Assembly: GCA_019636735.1 (NCBI GenBank)
Contig: JAHBWY010000005.1
Coordinates: 28,117-92,116 of the forward strand
Reading direction: 5' to 3'
Length of the DNA stretch: 64,000 nucleotides
Source of the DNA: Phycisphaeraceae bacterium
GTDB lineage: Bacteria > Planctomycetota > Phycisphaerae > Phycisphaerales > SM1A02
The number at the start of each line of letters is the position of its first letter. The stretch's first letter is position 1. Both the position numbers and the translations under genes were made by a program. The notes beneath the pieces were generated by a model. It saw only the letters and a program-made list of their open reading frames with translations. It did no database searches and was not told the origin of the DNA. Below are positions 29,213 through 37,244 of the stretch, piece after piece.

Positions 29213-30448
29213 GTGGGCCGATCAACGAGCGCATCCGAAGCAGCGCTCGCGAGTCTGGACGCGGCGCCTTGCTGCCTGCGCTGCGGGTATCCGATCGCGA
29301 CGACCTCCGAATCGCCGGCATGTTCCGAGTGCGGTGAGAGCACGGAGCGATCGCGTAAGGCATGGCGCGAAATGTGGATTCCGGGCGGCCGACGCGAGCG
29401 GCTGGCTCGCTCGCTCGTCCTGATCGCGACCTGCTCCGGAGCTCTCGCCGCCAGTTGGTCGCTGCAGACGCTGCTTCGACTCGAGGTGCTCGGGCCCAGT
29501 TCGGTGACGCCGGGGCCGTTCGGCTTGATCGCGCCGGTCGGTGCGGTGCTCAGGACGGGCCTCGTGATCACACTCATCCCACTCAACATCGTCGCGGCAT
29601 GCATCTGGTGGCGCATCGGGAGTCGGCCGCCGCTGCGGAGACGCGCCGCGAAGGGCTCTCTGCTCATCGTCGCCATGCTCGTCTGGGGATTCTGCACGCT
29701 GCTTCTGATCACACTGCTCGTCGGGGGGACCGTTGAGTCGCTTGATCGGCAGATGCAGACCATTCCCGAGTCGCTCGTGCTCGCGGCCACGCTGGCCGCA
29801 CAGTTCGCGATCTACCCGTGGCCGATGGCGCTCGCGGCGCGGGGGCTTCGAGCCGATCGCGACATCCCGTTCTGGCGCCGAGTCACCGCTCCGTGCGGAG
29901 TCGCAGGCCATGCGCTGCTCATCATCTGCGCCTGGTGCTTCGTGTCCGACGCAATCCTCCTGTTCGAGATGGAACGGGTCTTCGGCGCGATACTCATCCC
30001 GCCCTGGCTTCACTGGCTGATCCTGAAGACCTCGACGCTGCTCTGGAACGGCGGCGTGCCGCTCGCGCTCGCCTTCGTCGCGGGGGCGTCACTCGTGTCC
30101 CTCGCTCAAAGTGCGCAGGCGTTCGGCATCATGCCGTTGCTGAGGCGAACCTCGAGGACTCGCACCATCGTCGCGGCCATGCTCGTGACGATCTCCCTGC
30201 TCTCGATCGTGTGGTTCGGCTGCCTTGTAACCTGCATCCGGTTTGCCGGATTCACCGCGACGGGCGAACCGCAGGCGGATCGGGCTCGCGCCTTCATCGA
30301 GTCGCTGCTCGCCGACCCATTCTCACTGGCGCAGTTGGTCCTGCTTCCCCTGGTCATTCCCGCGGCGTGGATCGCGTGCTCGTGGTGGGCGCGGCGGCTT
30401 GCCTATTCGCCGATGTCCTCCGCCCAGAGGTCGGGCTTCTCGCGCTGA
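29213..30448 (+). CDS. Polytopic membrane protein with N-terminal zinc-ribbon (hypothetical)
   Basis: CCLRCGYPIATTSESPACSECGES (CxxC...CxxC) followed by about 9 hydrophobic helices. Its last 46 nt overlap the convergent deaminase gene. Its 3' ~150 nt recur at about 39385-39519 and 42797-42931. Confidence 0.6.
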   Translation: MGRSTSASEAALASLDAAPCCLRCGYPIATTSESPACSECGESTERSRKAWREMWIPGGRRERLARSLVLIATCSGALAASWSLQTLLRLEVLGPSSVTPGPFGLIAPVGAVLRTGLVITLIPLNIVAACIWWRIGSRPPLRRRAAKGSLLIVAMLVWGFCTLLLITLLVGGTVESLDRQMQTIPESLVLAATLAAQFAIYPWPMALAARGLRADRDIPFWRRVTAPCGVAGHALLIICAWCFVSDAILLFEMERVFGAILIPPWLHWLILKTSTLLWNGGVPLALAFVAGASLVSLAQSAQAFGIMPLLRRTSRTRTIVAAMLVTISLLSIVWFGCLVTCIRFAGFTATGEPQADRARAFIESLLADPFSLAQLVLLPLVIPAAWIACSWWARRLAYSPMSSAQRSGFSR

Positions 30449-30615
30449 AGGCGCTCCATCAGTGCCACGCAGCGCTCGTCGTTCAGCAGGCGCAGCTCGA
30501 CGCCCTCGCGCCTCATCCACTCCTCCGCGCCGAGATAGGTTCGATGCTCGCCGATCACCACGCGCGGGATCCTGAAGAGGATCGCGGTCCCCGAACACAT
30601 GGGACACGGTGAAAG
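30403..30615 (-). pseudogene. Cytosine deaminase copy 1, C-terminal fragment (split by IS66-family insertion)
   Basis: Encodes ...CPMCSGTAILFRIPRVVIGEHRTYLGAEEWMRREGVELRLLNDERCVALMERLQREKPDLWAEDIGE. Collinear with the intact copy 39474..39950 up to the IS junction at 30615/30616. Confidence 0.9.
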
Positions 30616-30632
30616 GTGTCCGTCCCGCGAAC

Positions 30633-32204
30633 CTTTCAATTACCCACATCTTTGGCCAGACAGTAACCGAGGTGGATGTCGGTCAATCTCGCCATGCCGC
30701 GCCATAGGACCATGTTTCCCGGCGGCGCATCGCGGGCCCGGTTCAGATAGCCACCGAGTCGAGCGAGCCTCGTCAGGAAGTTGCCTACCGTCTTCTTTCT
30801 TGAGCCGTCGTTGACCGGGACGAGGCGCTCGAGCAGGTTGATCTCTCTGGAGGTTCGCAGCACCAGCTTCACCGGGAGGTTCGGAGCGCGGTTCATCATC
30901 GTCAGCCACAGCACACGCCATGCCAGAATGCACATGATCGCACTGGCTGACCAGTCGCTCGGCAGTCCGCAGCCCGAGTCCTCGGCCCGACATCCTGACT
31001 TGAGCACCTTTGTGGAATGTCTCGATCTTCCAGCGTAAAAGCGCGTACCACCGAGCTTTTCGATCGCATCGGCCTTCTTCGATCGGATCGAAAGATTGGT
31101 CACGAGCTTCCAGTCGTTCGTCGCGCGGCCCTTAAGCACGCCCCGTTCCTTCGCGTGGATCACACTCAGCACCATGGTTCCAAAGGCTTCTCCTTCCTGA
31201 TGGGCGGGCACATTCTCGATCTGGTGGTACTTCAGCTCCAGCACTGCAAGCCTGACGGCGGCCCTTGTCGTCCTGACCTCGAGGCGATAAAGACAGCCCC
31301 TCACGCGCCGTTCGTCCATCGCGTTGGCCACGGCGCCTGCCGTCCTCCACGCGACGATCGACGCAAGTGCGGAACACAAACTTCTTCGTCCCCAGCGACG
31401 CGCATTCGCTGAACAACTCATATAGATGTCGCCTCCCGGTCGCCGATGTGGATGCAGCGAGCGGCGTCACCGATGTTCGCGGTCGATTGACGCACATTTT
31501 CGCCAGCGGATGCTCTCCTTCAGCTCAATCGGGATGCGAGTGGTGTTGACCGAATGCGTACCCGCGTCGAGACCTCTGCCCTTGGCCGCGTTGGTGCCTT
31601 GAAACCCCTTGCGCTGTCCAGAGCTTGATCGCCGAGACCGAGGGGCACGCCGTCAGTGGTGACGATGAGACTCGAGTGCATGAGGATGCCGCAGACAGTG
31701 TGCATTCGCTGGCGACCCTCTCTCATCCTTGTGACTCATGGCCACCCTGTTATGACACCAATCGCGAAAGTGCTCGCTCACGGTGAATGAGAACTCGGTC
31801 GTGTCGTGCAGTGCAAGGACCCGACCATCGACAAGCTGCCGACACGCCCGCGTGGCCTGCATGTGCCCGGCCAGGATCTCTGCCTCGCTCACACGCTTGT
31901 TGTCAAGAAAGCGATACGCGGCCTTGGTGCTGGCCCAATCACCGCACGCCAGCGGCAGTGACTGGCCGCTTCCTTGAGAGCTGCTCCATGAGTAGACCGA
32001 ACCGCCCAGCCAGTCGGGCATCGGCAAAGCGGCAGCCAGAAGCAAGCTCCTGATTGATCCACGGTCCCATGGCCGCGACTCCATCCGTTAAAAGCGATGC
32101 CATCCATGGCACGTTACTCCCCAGTGATCGGCATGACCAGTCCGTGCCGCAATAACCCAACCCTGTTCAGCGAACCAACAGACAAAGATGTGGGTAATTG
32201 AAAG
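30633..32204 (-). mobile_element. IS4-family (Tn5/IS50-like) element with decayed transposase, nested in the IS66 left end
   Basis: Perfect 22-bp terminal inverted repeats CTTTCAATTACCCACATCTTTG (30633-30654 and reverse complement at 32183-32204). 9-10 bp target duplication CCCGCGAAC(C) at 30624-30633 and 32205-32214. Confidence 0.85.
30636..32084 (-). pseudogene. IS4-family transposase, frameshifted in several places
   Basis: Tn5-like segments are spread over different frames: WASTKAAYRFLDNKRVS...LALHDTTEFSF (31653..32084), GILMHSSLIVTTDGVPLGLGDQ (31520..31726), ...LYELFSECASLG (31132..31497), KVLKSGCRAED / LRTAERLV / ILAWRVLWLTMMNR and LARLGGYLNR (30636..31421, 30640..30993). Confidence 0.8.
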
Positions 32205-32223
32205 CCCGCGAACCGCGATGGGG

Positions 32224-33822
32224 TCACTCTGAATCGGCCTGACGGCGTTGCCACTCATCGGGCAGCCAGTGATCAAGCTCTTCAGCCGGGGTCTTGGGCA
32301 GGTTCACAAGCAACTGCGTGAGGTAGACCTGTGGGTCGACGCCGTGGCGCCGACACGAGCTCGTGAGGCTCGAGAGGATCGCCGCCGTCTCGCCGCCGCA
32401 CGGACTGCCGACGATGAGCGAGTTCTTGCGGTTGAGCGCTTGACGCTTCATCTCGCGTTCGCTCGCGTTGTTGTCGATCGGGACTTCGGAGTCGTTCAGG
32501 AACACCGTCAGCTCGCTCCACTGGTTGAGCGCGTACTGCACCGCGCCCGCCATCGGGTGCTTGGGCAGCAGCACACCCTTCCAGTGCTCGAGCCGCCCCC
32601 GGATCATCTCCACGATCGGCCCGGACCTGTCCCGCCGGACTTCGGCGCGCGCGTCCGGGGTCGCCTCGCGGATCGATCGCTCGACCGCGAAGAGCGCATC
32701 CATGAGCGTCACCGCTTCGCGTGCGATTCCCGGCTCGCTCTTCTCGAGGTCGACGAACTTCCGCCGCGCATGCGCCCAGCATCCGGCGCGCGTGATCCCG
32801 TTGCCGGCCACGATCCCGTCGTAGCCGCCGTAAGCATCCGCCACGAGAGTCCCGCAGAAGTCCTTGAGGAACTTCGTCGGACCGTCTCTCGCCCGGCTCG
32901 GCGTGAAGTCGAACACCGTGTACGGATGCGAGTCGTCACCGAGGTAGACCCACATTCGCGCTTGACGCGTCTTCTCCTTCTCCAGGAGCGGCATCACCGT
33001 GTCATCGGTCCCGATCACGCGCGACGAGCGCACGCGATCGGCCATGCGCCGGTAGATCGGCATGGCGATCTCGGCGACATCGCGGCACCAGGTGGAGAGC
33101 GTCGATCGTGAGAGATCCAGGCCGTTGCGGCTGAAGATGTTTTCAAGTCTGTACAGCGGCAGGTAATCCGCGAACTTGCTCGTGACCACGAAGGCGAGCA
33201 GTCCGGGGCCGGCCATGCCCTTGTCGATCGCGGACGCGTCCTTCCGGGGCGCGGTCTCGACCTGGCCGCCGAGTCCCTCGCGATCGCAGTCGCGGCAGGC
33301 GTAGGTGTGGCGGCGATGGTGCCAGCGCTCGAAGTGGCCGGGGATGAACTCGACCTGCCAGCTTTCCTCGCATCCGATGCGGGTGCGCATCTGGCCGCAG
33401 CACTTGCAGGGCTTCTCGGCGTCGGGGAGATCATGCTCGACGGTGCGGACGGGCAGGTGCTCGAGGTCGGCGATGCGGCGGCGGCCGTGAGCCCCGGAAC
33501 GCTTCGCGTCGAGGCGACGCGCGTCGGCGCGGTCATCATCGGCAGCGCTCACCTCCGTCGGGAGCTCGAGCGGCCGCGCCTCGAGCTGCGTGGCGAACTC
33601 CAGCAGCAACTGGCCGAGCTCGACCACGGTCGACAGCCGATCCGCGCGCGGTCCGTAGAGACGCTTGCACAGCTTCAGAAGTTGCGCTTCGAGCCAGGCG
33701 ATCTTTGCGTCGCGATGCGCGAGCGACGCATCCTTCTCCGCGACATGAGACATCAGCATCGCGCAGAGCGCCTTCAGGGCATCGACATCTTCGGGAAGCT
33801 CGATCGCGGCCGCGTCGTCCAT
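32224..33822 (-). CDS. tnpC: IS66-family transposase TnpC
   Basis: 532 aa. N-terminal leucine-zipper region, zinc-finger CKCCGQMRTRIG...YACRDCD, DDE core with ...IGTDDTVMPLL... and ...AGCWAHARRKF... Confidence 0.9.
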   Translation of the reverse strand: MDDAAAIELPEDVDALKALCAMLMSHVAEKDASLAHRDAKIAWLEAQLLKLCKRLYGPRADRLSTVVELGQLLLEFATQLEARPLELPTEVSAADDDRADARRLDAKRSGAHGRRRIADLEHLPVRTVEHDLPDAEKPCKCCGQMRTRIGCEESWQVEFIPGHFERWHHRRHTYACRDCDREGLGGQVETAPRKDASAIDKGMAGPGLLAFVVTSKFADYLPLYRLENIFSRNGLDLSRSTLSTWCRDVAEIAMPIYRRMADRVRSSRVIGTDDTVMPLLEKEKTRQARMWVYLGDDSHPYTVFDFTPSRARDGPTKFLKDFCGTLVADAYGGYDGIVAGNGITRAGCWAHARRKFVDLEKSEPGIAREAVTLMDALFAVERSIREATPDARAEVRRDRSGPIVEMIRGRLEHWKGVLLPKHPMAGAVQYALNQWSELTVFLNDSEVPIDNNASEREMKRQALNRKNSLIVGSPCGGETAAILSSLTSSCRRHGVDPQVYLTQLLVNLPKTPAEELDHWLPDEWQRRQADSE

Positions 33823-33867
33823 GACGACATCCTCTCCGCGCCAGGCCCCGGCGCGGATGCAGGGAAA

Positions 33868-34237
33868 TCACGAACTTCGTGCGAATCGCTTCACGCGCTT
33901 CAGGCTCCGCAGGTCGACGCCGTCGAGCAGCATCGCCAGCTCGCTCGCGCGCAGCTCGATCGATGCACCTTCGTCGGCGCGAGGCAGACGGAAGGTGCCC
34001 GCCTCGAGCCGCTTGTACCAGAGCGCGTAGCCGTCGCGATCCCAGTAGAGAATCTTGAGGCGATCGCCTCCGCGCGAACGGAAGACGAAGAGGTGGCCGC
34101 TGCGAGGGTCCTGGCCGATCACTGACTGCGCCATCTCCGCGAGCCGATCGAAGCCGCGGCGCATGTCGGCGGGCGTCGTCGCCAGCCAGATGCGTGGCGC
34201 GCCTCGATCGAGCTGCGCGAGCGACGGTAGCGAGATC
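33868..34237 (-). pseudogene. tnpB: IS66 accessory protein TnpB, separated from its ATG by the IS256 insertion
   Basis: ...IWLATTPADMRRGFDRLAEMAQSVIGQDPRSGHLFVFRSRGGDRLKILYWDRDGYALWYKRLEAGTFRLP... The original ATG-ATC-TCG start now lies at 35702-35694, on the far side of the IS256 element. Confidence 0.8.
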
Positions 34238-35694
34238 GGTAAGGTTCGGAAGATTGCGCAGATTTGAAAAAGCAGCTCCCGCGCTGGAAGGTGTTGGTGT
34301 GTTGGAACAACCCCTTTCCAGAGGAGAGCTGCATGGACAGCGTAGCGAGCGGATCGACGGAAGTCGCGGAGTGCGCGACGGAGTCGTTGAAAGCGGCGGT
34401 GACGGTGGACGCGGAGAAGGTGCGAAGCCATCTGGACGAGATGGTGCGTTCGACGGTCGAGCAGACTCTGAACGCGATGCTGGAGGTGGAGGCGGACCAG
34501 GCGTGCGGGGCTGGTCGTTACGAGTGTTCGCCGGATCGTCTGACACTCGAGCGGGAGCTACGAGCGACGCTGGAGACGAAGGCGGGCTCGGTGAAGCCTG
34601 CTGTCCCGCGGCTTCGAGAAAGCTGCCGCTCGAGTCGATGATCATCGAGCGGTATCGTCGTCGGGAGATTTTTCGGTGGAGGAGCGCTGGCGGAGATAAA
34701 ATTCTGGCGGGCGTGAGCAGTGTCGGGTGGAGGACATCACGGAGCGCTGTGGGGATCGCGGGTGAGCCGCGAGCACGGTGAGCGGTCTGCCGCAGAAGGT
34801 ACGGCCAGATCGAGTCGTAGCGCAGCCGTCGGACCGAGGGGCGAACACGCGCACGTACCTGGACGGATCTGGGCTGAAGCGGAGCTGGGGCGGGGAGGTG
34901 AAGAGCGTGGCGGTGCTGGTGGCGATCGGGGTGAATCAGGAGGGCTTCCGCGAGATCCTTGGAGGGCGGAGGGGACGAAGGAGGACACGGAGAGCTGGCG
35001 CTCGTTCCTTCGGCATTTGAAGGAGCGCGGCCTGAGGGGTGTTCGGCTGGTGGTGAGCGACAAGTGCCTCGGGGGCTGGTCGAGGGCGTTGGGAGTTCTT
35101 CCCCGAGTAGCGTAATGGCAGCGATGCGTGGTGCACTTCTATCGCAATGATGACAGTGGTGCCAAAGGGTCGGGTGCAGGAGGCCGTGGCGATGCTGAAG
35201 ACGATCCACGCCCAGGAGGACGCGCGGAGCGCGGAGGAGAAGTCGAAGGATCGCGCAGAAGCTCGAGCTGCTTCGGCTGGACGAAGGCAGCGGAGCTCGT
35301 ACGTCGGCGTGCTGGAGACGCTGTCGTGGCCATGTCGTTCCCGGGAGCACTGGGCGCAGTCTTCGGACGAACAACCCGCTCGAGCGTCTGAATCGCGAGA
35401 TCCGCCGTCGGACTCGGGTGGTGGGATTTTCCCGGACGGGTCAGTCGGGCGCGATGCTGGTGGCGGCCCGGCTTCGTCACATGTCGGCGACGAAGTGGGG
35501 CTTGAGGCGGTACATGGACATGAGTCGATTGCGGGAGCTCGATGCGTCCCGCGCGGAGTCATCGGCCGCAGCGGCGTAGCTGCGGCCCCACGCTGGCAAG
35601 GCTGCGCCCCTCTTGATGGGGGCTCCGCCTTGCCAGCGATCACCTTCCCACGGAGGCTGCTTGATCAATTGTGCGCAACTTGACGGACGCTACC
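34238..35694 (+). mobile_element. IS256-family element with heavily frameshifted transposase, nested at the IS66 tnpA/tnpB junction
   Basis: Imperfect 30-bp terminal inverted repeats (GGTAAGGTTCGGAAGATTGCGCAGATTTGA versus GGTAGCGTCCGTCAAGTTGCGCACAATTGA, 21/30 match). 8-bp target duplication GCGAGATC at 34230-34237 and 35695-35702. IS256-type transposase pieces lie in at least 5 frame segments (EQTLNAMLEVEADQACGAGRYE; IIERYRRRE; LKRSWGGEVKSVAVLVAIGVNQEGFREILG; WRSFLRHLKERGLRGVRLVVSDKCLG; VHFYRN; AMLKTIHAQED). Confidence 0.85.
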
Positions 35695-35700
35695 GCGAGA

Positions 35701-36030
35701 TCATGACGCGGCCTCGGCGTCGAGACGCTCGAGCCGAACGACGAACCGTGCGACCCACGCCTCGTCGGCGCCGGATGCGATCTCGATCCGTCGTCCACCG
35801 GCAATCGTGATCACAACGCCGGGACCCGAGATCGAAGGTGGCGCCGCGAGCTCGACGAAGGACGGGTGATCATCGCGTCGATGCGACGCCGAGCCATCGC
35901 CTGCGAGCATGCGTCGCCATCGATGGAACGAGCTCGGCGACACCCCGTGCACCCTGCAGAACTCGACGATGCTCAGTCCGCTCCGACGCTGCTCGCGCAG
36001 CAGCCGGCGCCAATGCGCGTGATCATGCAT
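35701..36030 (-). CDS. tnpA: IS66 accessory protein TnpA
   Basis: 109 aa. HTH-like ...WRRLLREQRRSGLSIVEFCRVHGVSPSSFHRWRR..., typical of IS66 orf1. Confidence 0.85.
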   Translation of the reverse strand: MHDHAHWRRLLREQRRSGLSIVEFCRVHGVSPSSFHRWRRMLAGDGSASHRRDDHPSFVELAAPPSISGPGVVITIAGGRRIEIASGADEAWVARFVVRLERLDAEAAS

Positions 36031-36088
36031 CCACGAAGTGTCGACGCCGGCGGCCCGTCATGGAAGACGGGTTTCGCGGGACGGACGC

Positions 36089-36360
36089 GGTGAAAGCGTG
36101 CTCACCAGTGTGAGCGACCGCCAGTCGCGCCGGCGCCCGGCGCGGCGGATGCAGTCAACCTCCGCATGCGCCGTGGGGTCGCCGCTCTGCACGCGCTGGT
36201 TGTGGCCTGCCGCCACGACGCGCCCGCTCGGGCCGAGCAGCGCCGAGCCGATGGGAATGCCGCCCTCGCGCCAGCTCTTCTCCGCCTGCTCGATCGCCGC
36301 GAGCTCAGTGCGAGCCGTGGTGATCGGTGATCCCGACCTGACTTGTTGCTCGACTTTCAC
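36089..36360 (-). pseudogene. Cytosine deaminase copy 1, N-terminal fragment
   Basis: MKVEQQVRSGSPITTARTELAAIEQAEKSWREGGIPIGSALLGPSGRVVAAGHNQRVQSGDPTAHAEVDCIRRAGRRRDWRSLTLVSTLSP, interrupted exactly before the CPMC zinc ligands. Confidence 0.9.
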
Positions 36361-36440
36361 ATCGCATCGTGGCGCTCCGTCAGGATGGCCGTTTCAGCGT
36401 CCTGCGAGCATCACGGTTGAGCGAGTCCCTTACCGCGCGG

Positions 36441-37244
36441 TCACCCCCGCCTCCGGCCGCGAGTGCGCAGTGCGACCAGCGCCAGGAGCAAGGCGGCGCT
36501 GGGCGCGGGAACTGCCTGCGCCCGAAGAAGGAATACACCGTTACCTCCTAGTGCTGGGAATGAGTTGAGGCTCTGAATGACACCCGGAAACTGCGCATTC
36601 CAGGTCCCGCTTGGTGCGGTAGAAAACCACGAGCGATCAAGCGTCGGAACGCTGGTATCAATCGGCGCTGCAAATCCATTACTAACTGTTACGCTTACGC
36701 CCACAACAATATTGGCGAATGCGCTCACATCTGTCGGCGCCACGGTAACCGATTGAAACACATTCGACTTGATCGCGCCGGGATCGATCAGGGCACTCCA
36801 ACTCCCCAGATGGGTCATGCCGTTTGCGGGATCACCATCATTGTCGCCCCACAGATGGACATTGAAGGGAGCGCCGGCGCTGACACCCGCCGAGGAGGTA
36901 CTGCCCGCGAGGCCAAATGTGACCTGGATACTGGTGATGAGCGAGCCGCTCAGATTGACCGCGAAGACATTCATCCACGCAGCATCTGCAGTGTAACCAC
37001 TGAAGCCTCCTGCGGTGTTCGCCACGCCGTCATCCCACTGATAGGCGAAGTCGGCCGAAGCCGTCGCCGACAGAAGAGCAAGGCCGATCGATGCGATCGA
37101 CGCCGCTACGATGTGCCCGGTCGCCACATCAGACACGCACCGTTCTCGCGCGGCCTTTGCATTCATGGTGTCCGACTTAGGCTTGTGATCGCTGGCGGCT
37201 CGCCCCTGCCATGTTGTTGGCGCCTGGATCTGTGTCATCATCAC
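36441..37244 (-). CDS. PEP-CTERM-like anchored secreted protein, variant A
   Basis: C-terminus AVPAPSAALLLALVALRTRGRRRG (P-x-P motif + TM helix + Arg cluster). Signal-peptide-like IVAASIASIGLALLSATASA. Its start overlaps the stop of the upstream HAF gene (TGATG). Confidence 0.65.
   Translation of the reverse strand: MMMTQIQAPTTWQGRAASDHKPKSDTMNAKAARERCVSDVATGHIVAASIASIGLALLSATASADFAYQWDDGVANTAGGFSGYTADAAWMNVFAVNLSGSLITSIQVTFGLAGSTSSAGVSAGAPFNVHLWGDNDGDPANGMTHLGSWSALIDPGAIKSNVFQSVTVAPTDVSAFANIVVGVSVTVSNGFAAPIDTSVPTLDRSWFSTAPSGTWNAQFPGVIQSLNSFPALGGNGVFLLRAQAVPAPSAALLLALVALRTRGRRRG

Larger units (their letters stand above)
30616..36088 (-). mobile_element. IS66-family element (about 2.43 kb of its own sequence) carrying two nested IS insertions
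   Basis: Terminal inverted repeats GTGTCCGTCCCGCGAAC (30616-) and the reverse complement of ...GTTTCGCGGGACGGACGC (-36088). 8-bp direct target duplication GGTGAAAG at 30608-30615 and 36089-36096. tnpA/tnpB/tnpC gene order on the minus strand. Confidence 0.85.

Noticed and set aside
33536-35374. 612-aa minus-strand ORF running across IS66 tnpC/tnpB and the IS256 element
   Set aside because: Pro/Arg/Ser-rich nonsense that crosses two IS junctions. The real coding content here is IS66 tnpB (another minus frame) and the decayed IS256 transposase (plus strand).
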